Sequence record: PX915678.1
Source of the DNA: a phage
Strand: one strand, 5' to 3'
Length of the DNA stretch: 64,000 bases
Positions 1-12,354 of this stretch are shown piece after piece. Below the pieces are notes generated by a model. It had not been told where the DNA came from. It did not search any database and worked only from the letters and a program-made list of their open reading frames with translations. Position 1 is the first letter of the stretch; each line of letters opens with the position of its first letter. A program made the position numbers and the translations under genes.

Positions 1-3976
<3,976 letters not shown>

Positions 3977-4006
3977 TTTGAATAAATATCCTTAAAAGGA
4001 GGGTCT

Positions 4007-4663
4007 ATGGCAGCACCTAGAATATCATTTTCGCCCTCTGATATTCTGTTTGGTGTTCTAGATCGCTTGTTCAAAGATAACGCTACCGGGAAAGTTCTTG
4101 CTTCCCGGGTAGCTGTCGTAATTCTTTTGTTTATAATGGCGATTGTTTGGTATAGGGGAGATAGTTTCTTTGAGTACTATAAGCAATCAAAGTATGAAAC
4201 ATACAGTGAAATTATTGAAAAGGAAAGAAATGCACGCTTTGAATCTGTCGCCCTGGAACAACTCCAGATAGTTCATATATCATCTGAGGCAGACTTTAGT
4301 GCGGTGTATTCTTTCCGCCCTAAAAACTTAAACTATTTTGTTGATATTATAGCATATGAAGGAAAATTACCTTCAACGATAAGTGAAAAATCACTTGGAG
4401 GATATCCTGTTGATAAAACTATGGATGAATATGCAGTTCATTTAAATGGACGTCATTATTATTCCAACTCAAAATTTGCTTTTTTACCGACTAAAAAGCC
4501 TACTCCCGAAATAAATTACATGTACAGTTGTCCATATTTCAATTTGGATAATATCTATGCTGGAACAATAACCATGTACTGGTATAGAAATGATCATATA
4601 AGTAATGACCGCCTTGAATCAATATGTGCTCAGGCGGCCAGAATATTAGGAAGGGCTAAATAA
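4007..4663 (+). CDS. t: Holin T (lysis timing; RI-sensitive)
   Basis: 218 aa, ATG with AAGGAGGG SD; N-terminal cytoplasmic segment, single TM (VAVVILLFIMAIVWY), large periplasmic domain; same length and position as T4 t. Confidence 0.85.
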   Translation: MAAPRISFSPSDILFGVLDRLFKDNATGKVLASRVAVVILLFIMAIVWYRGDSFFEYYKQSKYETYSEIIEKERNARFESVALEQLQIVHISSEADFSAVYSFRPKNLNYFVDIIAYEGKLPSTISEKSLGGYPVDKTMDEYAVHLNGRHYYSNSKFAFLPTKKPTPEINYMYSCPYFNLDNIYAGTITMYWYRNDHISNDRLESICAQAARILGRAK

Positions 4664-4936
4664 TTATTTGTTTGTATACATCTCTAGATATCGATATACA
4701 CCCTCAAAACCCTCGTTGAATTCGTCGATGAGGGTTTTCTTATCTTCTTGAGTTAATTCAGAAACAATTTTACGGAATGAATTCTGATTCAACTTTCTAC
4801 CTTCATGCGTTACTCCAATCTCATTCAGAAATGCAATAAAATTAGCACGATTCTCAACAATATCTTCTCGGGAAAATTTAATCAAAATAGACGCAACAGT
4901 AATAATTTCACGAACTGTATCAATATTTTTATTCAT
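4664..4936 (-). CDS. asiA: Anti-sigma-70 factor AsiA
   Basis: 90 aa; sequence MNKNIDTVREIITVASILIKFSRED... matches T4 AsiA as I recall it; convergent with t. Confidence 0.9.
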   Translation of the reverse strand: MNKNIDTVREIITVASILIKFSREDIVENRANFIAFLNEIGVTHEGRKLNQNSFRKIVSELTQEDKKTLIDEFNEGFEGVYRYLEMYTNK

Positions 4937-4948
4937 TAACTATACCAC

Positions 4949-5101
4949 TCAATTAGTTGACTTTGTTATAATATCATCAGACGCTTGATTTGTAAACTGG
5001 TCTGTGTTATTTTCTTCAAAAATTTTTTCTACGAATTCCTTGAACGACTTACGTTCCTGAGCTACATTATGCTCGATTACTTTTTCAAGATTATGACTCA
5101 T
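4949..5101 (-). CDS. Hypothetical 50-aa protein (not in ORF track)
   Basis: ATG at 5099..5101 overlaps arn stop (ATGA); weak SD; spans the asiA promoter; low confidence. Confidence 0.3.
   Translation of the reverse strand: MSHNLEKVIEHNVAQERKSFKEFVEKIFEENNTDQFTNQASDDIITKSTN
4968..4997 (-). promoter_or_regulatory. Early (sigma-70-type) promoter upstream of asiA
   Basis: Minus-strand GTTTAC (4992..4997), 18-nt spacer, TATTAT (4968..4973); A/T-rich upstream. Confidence 0.45.
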
Positions 5102-5376
5102 TCGAAATAATCTTCAATTTCATAATCAAGAACATAAATCATTATAGTTTTTAATACATCATCAATACTTTTTCCAGGAGCTGGAATTACGTAAAAATAT
5201 CCTGCTTTTGAGAGGTCTTTATAAGTTCCAACCAAGAAATCATTATTCTCAAGATGCAGTTCTTCAACTAATTCATTAACAATTGAGTGGTATAAATTTG
5301 GTAGTAACTTGTATAGCTTTTCTAGAATATCAATTTTGATTGTGTATTGAACCACAGACTGAGAATCAATAATCAT
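5098..5376 (-). CDS. arn: Anti-restriction nuclease Arn (McrBC inhibitor)
   Basis: 92 aa, acidic; same length and position as T4 Arn between asiA and motA. Confidence 0.8.
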   Translation of the reverse strand: MIIDSQSVVQYTIKIDILEKLYKLLPNLYHSIVNELVEELHLENNDFLVGTYKDLSKAGYFYVIPAPGKSIDDVLKTIMIYVLDYEIEDYFE

Positions 5377-5459
5377 AGACCTTCCCCTTATGTTTCTGTT
5401 TGCGATTAGATTCTTTAAACGCTTTCTTCTTATCTTTATGGACAGAAGCTTTATTAAAA

Positions 5460-5678
5460 TTATGTTTTGCGACTAAATTGTTCATAGTGCTGAATTACCT
5501 CTCTCAAACATTTGCATGTGAATGAAAACTTTTTAGCTACACCACATTCAAATATATGTTCTCTTAAATCACGTGTGTCAGTATATCCCATCTCAACAAT
5601 AAAATGTCGTATTAGATTTTTATCTTTATCATTGAGAGAATTGAAATAATCGGATTTTGAATTAATTTCCCTGGCCAA
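5460..5678 (-). CDS. Hypothetical protein (arn-motA interval)
   Basis: 72-aa track ORF, Cys-containing (CGVAKKFSFTCKC). Confidence 0.55.
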   Translation of the reverse strand: MAREINSKSDYFNSLNDKDKNLIRHFIVEMGYTDTRDLREHIFECGVAKKFSFTCKCLREVIQHYEQFSRKT

Positions 5679-5958
5679 ATTGAATCACCTTCAGTTGACG
5701 TTTTAATTCTTTTATCATTTCTTCGTTCATCGCAATATAAAGATCGCGTAAAGCAGGTTTTAGCATTCCATTTACTGGAGAACTAAATGGGCACACATAA
5801 TCTTTTCCTACGAGCTTTTTGGCGAATTCCATATTACAGAATTGAAATGCCGGTTCATTAGCATAAATTCCCCATTTGGTTGACATCATTTTATTGGCAT
5901 ATTCCAACGCCTGGATTTGATTCATAATTCCATCAATTTGAAACTTTTTAATATTCAT
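5662..5958 (-). CDS. Hypothetical protein (arn-motA interval)
   Basis: 98-aa track ORF; start codon overlaps stop of upstream ORF. Confidence 0.55.
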   Translation of the reverse strand: MNIKKFQIDGIMNQIQALEYANKMMSTKWGIYANEPAFQFCNMEFAKKLVGKDYVCPFSSPVNGMLKPALRDLYIAMNEEMIKELKRQLKVIQFGQGN

Positions 5959-6419
5959 TAGTAAAGGTCCTCAGAGTAAAGTTCTTTTTCACTACCACCA
6001 CGTTCAATACGTACTTGTCCGGCGTAAGTTGCAATAATCATTGCTTCTTCACGTGTCCAATAATTACTATATTGGTCAATAAATCCTTGGTCATCATCAC
6101 AAACTTGTTGAGTAACTAATTGAGGTTTAACTACATCTAAAACTTCTGCCATATCTTTAGAATAATGACGAGCACCTGGAATAACAAGAGTTCGTCCATC
6201 TTTTAATTTAAAACGGTTGGCTGCGCAAACAATTCGTCGTTGATACTTTTGGTTTTCGTCCCAATACGCAGTTTGCCAACAGATTTCAGGAACTTCATCT
6301 AAAACATTTTGTTCTGTGTATTCACCACCGTAAGAAGCTAATTTAGCAGCCAGACTTTCCGGAGTCTCACGCAATAAAGCTTTATCTAACAGAGCTAAAC
6401 GTTCTTTAAAAGTTTTCAT
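5958..6419 (-). CDS. Hypothetical protein (arn-motA interval)
   Basis: 153-aa track ORF; 4-nt overlap with upstream ORF. Confidence 0.6.
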   Translation of the reverse strand: MKTFKERLALLDKALLRETPESLAAKLASYGGEYTEQNVLDEVPEICWQTAYWDENQKYQRRIVCAANRFKLKDGRTLVIPGARHYSKDMAEVLDVVKPQLVTQQVCDDDQGFIDQYSNYWTREEAMIIATYAGQVRIERGGSEKELYSEDLY

Positions 6420-6745
6420 TTAAACCATCCTTTAATACGCTGCCACAAAGTTTTCTGTTGAGCTTTGTTAACACCAATTGAGCGAATAACCGGTTGAGAT
6501 TCCTGGAATTCTTTATAATCAGCAAGGTAAATTTCGTAAGCTGCATCTGTAAATGAACTTATCGCCGCCATAAAATTATTGCGAATACCTACTGGAGCAT
6601 CTTTACTTTCACGAATAATCATGTATTTACCAGTCTTAATCTTTACGATAGTTCCAAGATAAGCTCCATGGTACCAGATGTCCCACCCCTCTTGAGTGGG
6701 TTCTGCACAACGACGAAGTTCATTAACAATTTCTAACTTGTTCAT
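6416..6745 (-). CDS. Hypothetical protein immediately downstream of motA
   Basis: 109-aa track ORF. Confidence 0.6.
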   Translation of the reverse strand: MNKLEIVNELRRCAEPTQEGWDIWYHGAYLGTIVKIKTGKYMIIRESKDAPVGIRNNFMAAISSFTDAAYEIYLADYKEFQESQPVIRSIGVNKAQQKTLWQRIKGWFK

Positions 6746-6755
6746 TATTTATTCC

Positions 6756-7391
6756 TCACAGTTCAGATGCTACGGTGATTACTGCTTCAATGTTTTCTGC
6801 CGAGCGTTTAATGTCAAGATACACATTACCGTTTTTAGCGATTTTACATGACATTCCGATATCAGTAAATTTCTGAATATGATGTTCCATCATTTTGTAT
6901 CCAAAAATTCGCATATTTCCATTGTTGTTAATTTCAAAATTGCGAATTCCATGAGTGCGTTTTTCTAAAATAGCAAGATAGTTACTGCGGTAAGTTTCAA
7001 CCTTTTTAAGAACAAATCCATTTTCATCTAAAAGTTTTAACATGAAGTCTTTATCTTCTTCCATATCGGAAGTAATCTCACGAGCTTTACGAGTTGCTCG
7101 TTTTTTCAGCAGTTCAGGAGCATTTTCCTGCGCGTATAAAGTTGCTGCATTTGAAATAATATCCTGAGCTTCACCTGTAATGATTAATCCATCACCAGAT
7201 TTCTCCACCAGGCCTTTTTTAATCAATACCCCAATATTACTATTAACTACTGCGTTACCTAAATCTGGATGCACCTCACGAACTTCTGCAGCTGTAATGA
7301 AATCTTTCTTAGCAATGGTAATTAAAATCGCAGCAGTTTTTTCATTCAGAACATCGTTAGAAGCTTTGATGATGTAAGTTACTTTAGACAT
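6756..7391 (-). CDS. motA: Middle-transcription activator MotA
   Basis: 211 aa; same length as T4 MotA; position upstream of gene 52. Confidence 0.9.
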   Translation of the reverse strand: MSKVTYIIKASNDVLNEKTAAILITIAKKDFITAAEVREVHPDLGNAVVNSNIGVLIKKGLVEKSGDGLIITGEAQDIISNAATLYAQENAPELLKKRATRKAREITSDMEEDKDFMLKLLDENGFVLKKVETYRSNYLAILEKRTHGIRNFEINNNGNMRIFGYKMMEHHIQKFTDIGMSCKIAKNGNVYLDIKRSAENIEAVITVASEL

Positions 7392-7432
7392 TTTCTAATC
7401 TCCGTAATTCTGTATCAGTAGTTGATAGTTGT

Positions 7433-7462
7433 ATAGTACCACAGTATGCTTTGGTTGTAAAC
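7433..7462 (-). promoter_or_regulatory. Early promoter upstream of motA (part of a terminator-promoter cassette)
   Basis: GTTTAC (7457..7462), 18 nt, TACTAT (7433..7438); A-rich upstream element; about 85 percent identical over about 95 bp to the cassette at 63715..63809. Confidence 0.55.
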
Positions 7463-7494
7463 CGTTTTGTGAAAAAAATTTTTGAAATAAAAAA

Positions 7495-7514
7495 GGGAGA
7501 GCCTCGGCTCTCCC
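7495..7514 (-). terminator. Intrinsic terminator hairpin
   Basis: GGGAGAGC/GCTCTCCC stem followed on the minus strand by a U-run (forward aaataaaaaa 7485..7494). Confidence 0.55.
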
Positions 7515-7519
7515 TAAAA

Positions 7520-7669
7520 TTACTGCATGACTGTGATAACTGTCATGATAACACGTTGAATTCCGAACGCAAGAAGACCTCCTGCTACTGCTGGAACAAC
7601 ACCTAAACCCGCCAGTAAAATGCTACCAGATACTAATGCAGCGCTTGTAATACCAATGAATGGACTCAT
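7520..7669 (-). CDS. Small hydrophobic membrane protein (49 aa) downstream of gene 52
   Basis: ATG overlaps gp52 stop (ATGA at 7666..7669); GAGGA SD; fully hydrophobic; not in ORF track. Confidence 0.45.
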   Translation of the reverse strand: MSPFIGITSAALVSGSILLAGLGVVPAVAGGLLAFGIQRVIMTVITVMQ

Positions 7670-8994
7670 TTGATTTCCTCTAAATCTTTGGTGTATTCTG
7701 TAACTACATCAGTAGTTTTCCAATATTCGTTTTCTTCTTTCTTAGCTTTAGCTTCTTCAGCAAGTTTCTTTGCTTCGTCGGAAGTCATATGAAAAATATT
7801 CATTCCGACTAGTTTATCAACATAAGAAGAATACATATCAATTTTAGAAAGTTCTTCGGTCAGTTCTTTGCGAGTTTTACCTTGTACAACAATTTCACCT
7901 GAAATTACTTTCTTAATGAAATGTGCCTTGGCAAAAGCTAAACGAAATGCTGATTCAGTTTCTTTGATTTTGTTATCAATTCGTTTTTGGACATAAGTTT
8001 TACGAACTTCAACGAAGTCTTTGATTAAATCAACTACATTATCGTAAACTTGCAGCTTTCCTTTCTCATTAATAACGGTGATATTCTGGGAACGACGCTC
8101 AATCAACCCGAAGTCTTTCATAATTTTTGCATGACGTTCTTCTTCGTTATCACTCAAAGAGTATTCTTTACGGAATTTAACTTTAAAGCCAAAACCATGC
8201 TCACCGCAAGCATCATCCCACGTAATGAAACCTTTATCTTCAAGCGGGTCTAAGATTTTACTCACGTAAGTTTCACGATCATACTTATATGGAATCTCAG
8301 TGATATGCATTTGAGTTCGTGAAGTAAACTTGTATGTTCCACGAATTTCATATTGACCGTCAATTTCAACGACTTCACCACGAAATTCTGGGAATTCTAC
8401 CTTAGGTTTAATTACTTTCTTTCCTTGAAGAGCTTGCAGTACAGCTTTCTTGACAGAAGAAACGCTATGAGGAAGAATGTAAGTTGCATAACCAGTTGCA
8501 ATACCGGAAACACCGTTAAGAAGAACAGTAGGAATAATAGGCAAATAGAAAGCAGGCGGAATGTGTTCTTTATCTTGATGTACCGGAGCATATTCAGTAT
8601 CTTTATATACATTATAGAAATTTTTACTTACACGAGCAAAAATATAACGACTTGCCGCTGCTTTTTGAACGGTACGAGAACCAAAGTTTCCTTGACCATC
8701 TAACAAAGGAAAGTTATTATTCCAAGTGTTAGCCATCAAAGCACCTGCGTCTTGCGCAGAGTTTTCACCATGATGATATCCAAGGTCCGCTACACCACCT
8801 GCAATAGAAGCGAGTTTGTGAAACTTATCTTTATTTCCTCGTGCCAAATCAAGAGCTCGAGCAATAACAAATCGTTGAACTGGCTTAAATCCATCAATCA
8901 TATTTGGGATAGCACGATTTTCAACCGTGTACATAGCATAAGCCAATGCTTCATTATCAATGATACTTTTTAAATCGCGATTATTCAGTTGCAT
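7666..8994 (-). CDS. 52: DNA topoisomerase II medium subunit gp52 (GyrA-like cleavage-religation domain)
   Basis: 442 aa as in T4; GyrA-like N-terminal motifs (MIDGFKPVQRFVIARA...). Confidence 0.9.
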   Translation of the reverse strand: MQLNNRDLKSIIDNEALAYAMYTVENRAIPNMIDGFKPVQRFVIARALDLARGNKDKFHKLASIAGGVADLGYHHGENSAQDAGALMANTWNNNFPLLDGQGNFGSRTVQKAAASRYIFARVSKNFYNVYKDTEYAPVHQDKEHIPPAFYLPIIPTVLLNGVSGIATGYATYILPHSVSSVKKAVLQALQGKKVIKPKVEFPEFRGEVVEIDGQYEIRGTYKFTSRTQMHITEIPYKYDRETYVSKILDPLEDKGFITWDDACGEHGFGFKVKFRKEYSLSDNEEERHAKIMKDFGLIERRSQNITVINEKGKLQVYDNVVDLIKDFVEVRKTYVQKRIDNKIKETESAFRLAFAKAHFIKKVISGEIVVQGKTRKELTEELSKIDMYSSYVDKLVGMNIFHMTSDEAKKLAEEAKAKKEENEYWKTTDVVTEYTKDLEEIK

Positions 8995-8998
8995 AAAT

Positions 8999-9139
8999 TT
9001 ACCATACTAGTGAATGTAGTGCCATAATAACATCAGAAATGAAAAGCACGACTTGAATTAATCCGAACATTACTCCATAATATAGTGCTACCAATAAAGT
9101 AGCAAGGGCTAATGAATAGCCCAAGATTTTCTTAATCAT
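8999..9139 (-). CDS. Small membrane protein (46 aa) upstream of gene 52
   Basis: ATG at 9137..9139 overlaps stop of upstream ORF (TAATG); ends 4 nt before gp52 start; hydrophobic; not in ORF track. Confidence 0.4.
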   Translation of the reverse strand: MIKKILGYSLALATLLVALYYGVMFGLIQVVLFISDVIMALHSLVW

Positions 9140-9290
9140 TAGTAGATAACAACACAAATGTTAAATATGCACACATACCCTGGGCTAAAGCTTGTGAAAA
9201 CACACTGCTAGCATCAATACAGATAGTTAAAACACATGCTACTATCCAACAAACAAATGAAATAACTCCTAATAATTTTGCGATATTCAT
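9132..9290 (-). CDS. ac: Ac-like small membrane protein (52 aa)
   Basis: ATG at 9288..9290 with GAGGAG SD (track start 9320 is TTG); one TM; position between stp and 52; symbol assigned by position and size only. Confidence 0.45.
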   Translation of the reverse strand: MNIAKLLGVISFVCWIVACVLTICIDASSVFSQALAQGMCAYLTFVLLSTND

Positions 9291-9300
9291 AATATTCTCC

Positions 9301-9456
9301 TCAACTATTTTTAGAACCAATGTACGCGAATAATGATAAAATCGCTAATACGCCCTGAGCTGATGCTTGCAAAAATACTGAAGTTTCTCCAGTTATTACT
9401 GTTCCGATGCATAAAAAGAACCAACAGAAAAAGGCTATACCGTGAACAAATTTCAT
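9301..9456 (-). CDS. Paralogue of the Ac-like small membrane protein (51 aa)
   Basis: GAGG SD then ATG at 9454..9456; shares F.CW...C...T...SVF.QA.AQG with ORF 9132..9290; not in ORF track. Confidence 0.45.
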   Translation of the reverse strand: MKFVHGIAFFCWFFLCIGTVITGETSVFLQASAQGVLAILSLFAYIGSKNS

Positions 9457-9463
9457 ATTTTCC

Positions 9464-9544
9464 TCACTGGCGTCCGAAGACGCCTTTGGTTTTAAGATTA
9501 TTACGATAGAACTGCATCACGTGTTCGTTATGGAAATTACTCAT
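9464..9544 (-). CDS. stp: Stp peptide (26 aa; host restriction-system modulator that triggers PrrC anticodon nuclease)
   Basis: Translation [26 protein letters not shown] matches T4 Stp as I recall it; ATG overlaps ndd stop (TAATG at 9542..9546); below track size cut-off. Confidence 0.75.
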
Positions 9545-9999
9545 TAGTATGCCTGCAAAACAAATTTAAAGTTATCAGCCAACATACGGTTCATTTCTTC
9601 AAGCGTTTGATATTCAGAATGATGATTACGAGTAAACGCTAAAGCTAACTGGCCTTTTCCAAATCCTGTCGTCAGAGGTTTCATCTTAGAAGCAGGTAGA
9701 TAAAATACTGTATATGGAACATTATTATTTGCAATAGTACGCGCAAGCTGAGACCGACGCTGACGAATATGACTTAGAACTGCACTGAATCCTTGCTTAG
9801 AACGCTGATTACCTACATAAAATCGTGCAGATACACACGGACTATCAAATGGACCACCAAATTTACTCACTAAAAAGTAAAATCCAGGTGTAGATAAAAT
9901 GTCTTTATGTGGAGTTCCAAAAACCCATTCACCGCCCTTGATTGTACCAATAACAGTAGCACCTGCATTATTCAAATCAGTAACAGTCATGTATTTCAT
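9544..9999 (-). CDS. ndd: Nucleoid disruption protein Ndd
   Basis: 151 aa as in T4 Ndd; position between denB and stp. Confidence 0.8.
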
Positions 10000-10058
10000 A
10001 TTAATTTCCTCTAATTATTTTCTACTCCAAGGCCGCATGAATACACACGGCCGATAAA

Positions 10059-10274
10059 TTAATCGTCGCAGTCGACGCTCAATTCCCAGAACTCTTCTAC
10101 AGTATAAGTTTCAGTATCGTTTTCAATACAGAAACGTTCATTACTGTTATTTGCTAAAGTAGCATTAACTGTCATTTTCTCGCTAGTGCTCTTAAGAGGT
10201 GAAATACGAATTAACTGATCACCACTATCCAAGCAAAAAATTTCGCCAACTTTTACATCTTTAAAAATTTTCAT
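10059..10274 (-). CDS. Hypothetical protein (ndd-denB interval)
   Basis: 71-aa track ORF. Confidence 0.5.
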   Translation of the reverse strand: MKIFKDVKVGEIFCLDSGDQLIRISPLKSTSEKMTVNATLANNSNERFCIENDTETYTVEEFWELSVDCDD

Positions 10275-10389
10275 AATTCACCTCAGGGAGTATAAAATCC
10301 AAATGCAGTTGTTGACCATCCCATCCAATACGGAAAATTTGCACCAACGTAAAACATGAGAATATAAAACCAACCACTCAGCAAATTCA

Positions 10390-10587
10390 TCATTTTACAC
10401 CATTCCAAATTGTTTCAACCACAGATTTTAAGCCATTTTGATGAATGTCCATTCCGACAACTGCCATCAAATAAATTCCAACTACAACTGAACCTAAGGC
10501 AAAAATCAGCATGAAAATGAATAAAGCTGGAAAAATATTATCGAAAAACCATTCAATAAATGTAAAAGCACTGCGTTTACGCTTCAT
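10390..10587 (-). CDS. Small membrane protein (65 aa)
   Basis: ATG at 10585..10587 with GAGGA SD (track start 10608 is TTG); basic N-terminus then TM helix. Confidence 0.5.
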   Translation of the reverse strand: MKRKRSAFTFIEWFFDNIFPALFIFMLIFALGSVVVGIYLMAVVGMDIHQNGLKSVVETIWNGVK

Positions 10588-10594
10588 ATTTTCC

Positions 10595-10708
10595 TCACAT
10601 AAATCCAAAGTAAGCGTTTAATACATCAATCATTAAAACGATTGGGAATATACTCAAAACTACTAGTATTATAACTACATTCCATATAGCTTTAACAATC
10701 TTTTTCAT
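10595..10708 (-). CDS. Small membrane protein (37 aa)
   Basis: GGAGG SD then ATG at 10706..10708; single TM; C-terminal part of track ORF 10595..10843. Confidence 0.4.
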   Translation of the reverse strand: MKKIVKAIWNVVIILVVLSIFPIVLMIDVLNAYFGFM

Positions 10709-10736
10709 TTTCTGTTCCTCCGTAGTTGATAGGGTA

Positions 10737-10766
10737 ATAATACCACAGAGGAACAGTCTTGTAAAC
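10737..10766 (-). promoter_or_regulatory. Early promoter with conserved leader
   Basis: GTTTAC (10761..10766), 18 nt, TATTAT (10737..10742); leader ...CUACGGAGGAACAGAAA-AUG. Confidence 0.5.
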
Positions 10767-10983
10767 AACTTTTTTAAAAATATTCGTAATAAATGTGAAT
10801 ACCAATCACCACTGCCGAAACTTGTGCAACCCACCATGCACAAGCAATAAGTACAGAATTCAAAATTTTCATAATAACCTCATTACAAAAGTAAATGTTA
10901 AACAAATTAATGGAATACTAACTAACCAAACAAAACACCACCACAATGAACTCATAGTTCAATCTCAACGATTTTCATTTTAC

Positions 10984-11190
10984 TCAATAATCTGCTAAAA
11001 GATCGACGATTGCATCACGAAGACACTTATTCGCAATACGTTTAAGAGCAATTTCAGTTTCTGGAGCATTTTGAATAATCATTGAATTCAATTCAGCCTC
11101 AGCAAACTGAAGTTCTTTAACTAATTCAGCTTTATATTTTCCTTGCCCTTTCTTAGCTTTTGCTCGTTTTAATTCAGCTGTAGTAAACAT
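10984..11190 (-). CDS. Hypothetical protein (68 aa) upstream of ndd-side cluster
   Basis: ATG at 11188..11190 with GGAG SD (track start 11202 is TTG); helical, Lys/Glu-rich. Confidence 0.55.
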   Translation of the reverse strand: MFTTAELKRAKAKKGQGKYKAELVKELQFAEAELNSMIIQNAPETEIALKRIANKCLRDAIVDLLADY

Positions 11191-11224
11191 TTTATTCTCC
11201 AAATCCGTATCAGTTGATAGTTGT

Positions 11225-11254
11225 ATAGTACCACAGTCCTTGTGGTATGTAAAC
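11225..11254 (-). promoter_or_regulatory. Early promoter
   Basis: GTTTAC (11249..11254), 18 nt, TACTAT (11225..11230); spacer contains CCACAG-TCC-TTGTGG inverted repeat. Confidence 0.55.
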
Positions 11255-11271
11255 CGTTTTGTGAAAATTTT

Positions 11272-11829
11272 TTAAATGGAAAGATACCATCCGTTGTAGT
11301 TGCTTTTTCTTACAACCTTACGAAGGTCTTCTCTATCACCAATGAACTTCGGAGTGTACTGGATGACACCTGGATGAATTTCTTTAGTGTTGAATATAAT
11401 TATACAGTCAGCGACCTGATGATTCAGAATGGGCCCTAGATTTATTCCAGAACCATATGGATACTCTCCGCTGCATCCTGTTGTTACAGAAATCCAACGT
11501 GAGTCAGTTTGATGTGTCTTAACTTCTACACGAAGCCCGCAGTATCTTGGATGCGCCAATACATCCCATGCATATGTATACGGGTCATTAACATCTTCTT
11601 GGCCTTTGTTAACATACCCACTTAGCCAATCTGCTACAAAAAATTCTGCGTACACCGCGATACGACATCTTTCAATAACTTCTGCTTTATCCTGATTTGG
11701 ATTTTGTTTTAAAGAGTATCTTGCTGTATCAGCAATTTTGACCTTCATTTCACTAGTCAAGTCACTGTTCGATAGGGTAAATGTCGGAATCTGAAATAGT
11801 CTCTGTAAACCCGGATTCGTTTTCTGCAT
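11272..11829 (-). CDS. denB: Endonuclease IV DenB (dC-specific ssDNA endonuclease)
   Basis: 185 aa as in T4 DenB; position next to rIIB. Confidence 0.8.
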   Translation of the reverse strand: MQKTNPGLQRLFQIPTFTLSNSDLTSEMKVKIADTARYSLKQNPNQDKAEVIERCRIAVYAEFFVADWLSGYVNKGQEDVNDPYTYAWDVLAHPRYCGLRVEVKTHQTDSRWISVTTGCSGEYPYGSGINLGPILNHQVADCIIIFNTKEIHPGVIQYTPKFIGDREDLRKVVRKSNYNGWYLSI

Positions 11830-12091
11830 TTAGACTTTCCTTTTTACCGCTGAGATAAGCGTTATATACTTTAAGAGTGCCGTAATAAATTCGGTCATTT
11901 TCATCTAAAGACTCATGGTCAAGTTCATCGAGTTCCTTTTTATCCATGACTATAATATCATTGCAGTAAAGAAACCCAAGTTTTTCGTGACCAAACTCAA
12001 ATTTATTGCAGTACACAATATTAGCATGATGATTTCCGTGCAGTTTAATCTCTTTTATGTCGGAATCACCGATATTCATACAATAAATCAT
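11762..12091 (-). CDS. Hypothetical protein (denB-proximal)
   Basis: 109-aa track ORF; 68-nt out-of-frame overlap with denB start, so one of the two starts may be misplaced. Confidence 0.45.
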   Translation of the reverse strand: MIYCMNIGDSDIKEIKLHGNHHANIVYCNKFEFGHEKLGFLYCNDIIVMDKKELDELDHESLDENDRIYYGTLKVYNAYLSGKKESLNAENESGFTETISDSDIYPIEQ

Positions 12092-12109
12092 AATTTTTCC
12101 TTAAAACAA

Positions 12110-12124
12110 AAGGGCCGAAGCCCC
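12110..12124 (-). terminator. UUCG-tetraloop hairpin after the 64-aa ORF
   Basis: GGGC-CGAA-GCCC on forward strand (UUCG loop on transcript), A/T runs both sides. Confidence 0.4.
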
Positions 12125-12129
12125 TTATT

Positions 12130-12324
12130 TTATTTGAATTGCGCAATTCTTTTTTCTAAACAATCTGCGTAAGATTTCATTGAGATGAACTGTGAAAGCA
12201 GTAATTCTTGCTCAACTTCATTAATCGTTAGAAACTTTGTGCTTTCTAAAAATTTGCTCAGTGCATTAATTTTGAGCATTAATTGATCGTATTCTTCTTT
12301 TACTCGTGCTTGATAACCTAACAT
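12130..12324 (-). CDS. Hypothetical protein (64 aa) downstream of rIIB
   Basis: Track ORF, predicted helical. Confidence 0.5.
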   Translation of the reverse strand: MLGYQARVKEEYDQLMLKINALSKFLESTKFLTINEVEQELLLSQFISMKSYADCLEKRIAQFK

Positions 12325-12338
12325 AATTTTCCTTAGTT

Positions 12339-12354
12339 AAGGGCCGAAGCCCTT
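12339..12354 (-). terminator. UUCG-tetraloop hairpin overlapping rIIB stop codon
   Basis: AAGGGC-CGAA-GCCCTT; rIIB stop at 12353..12355 lies in the 3' arm. Confidence 0.4.

Noticed and set aside
3982-3989. Late promoter upstream of holin t
   Set aside because: Sequence is ATAAATA, missing the first T of TATAAATA; t may instead be read through from upstream late promoters.
5380-5485. 37-aa basic ORF between arn and the 72-aa ORF
   Set aside because: Weak SD and 25-nt out-of-frame overlap with the upstream ORF; evidence insufficient.
8353-8703. Plus-strand ORF (116 aa) antisense to gene 52; similar plus-strand track ORFs at 16271..16774, 19321..19990, 42216..42632 and 44439..45011
   Set aside because: They lie wholly inside well-supported minus-strand genes, have low-complexity AT-rich translations and no ribosome-binding sites; treated as antisense artefacts.
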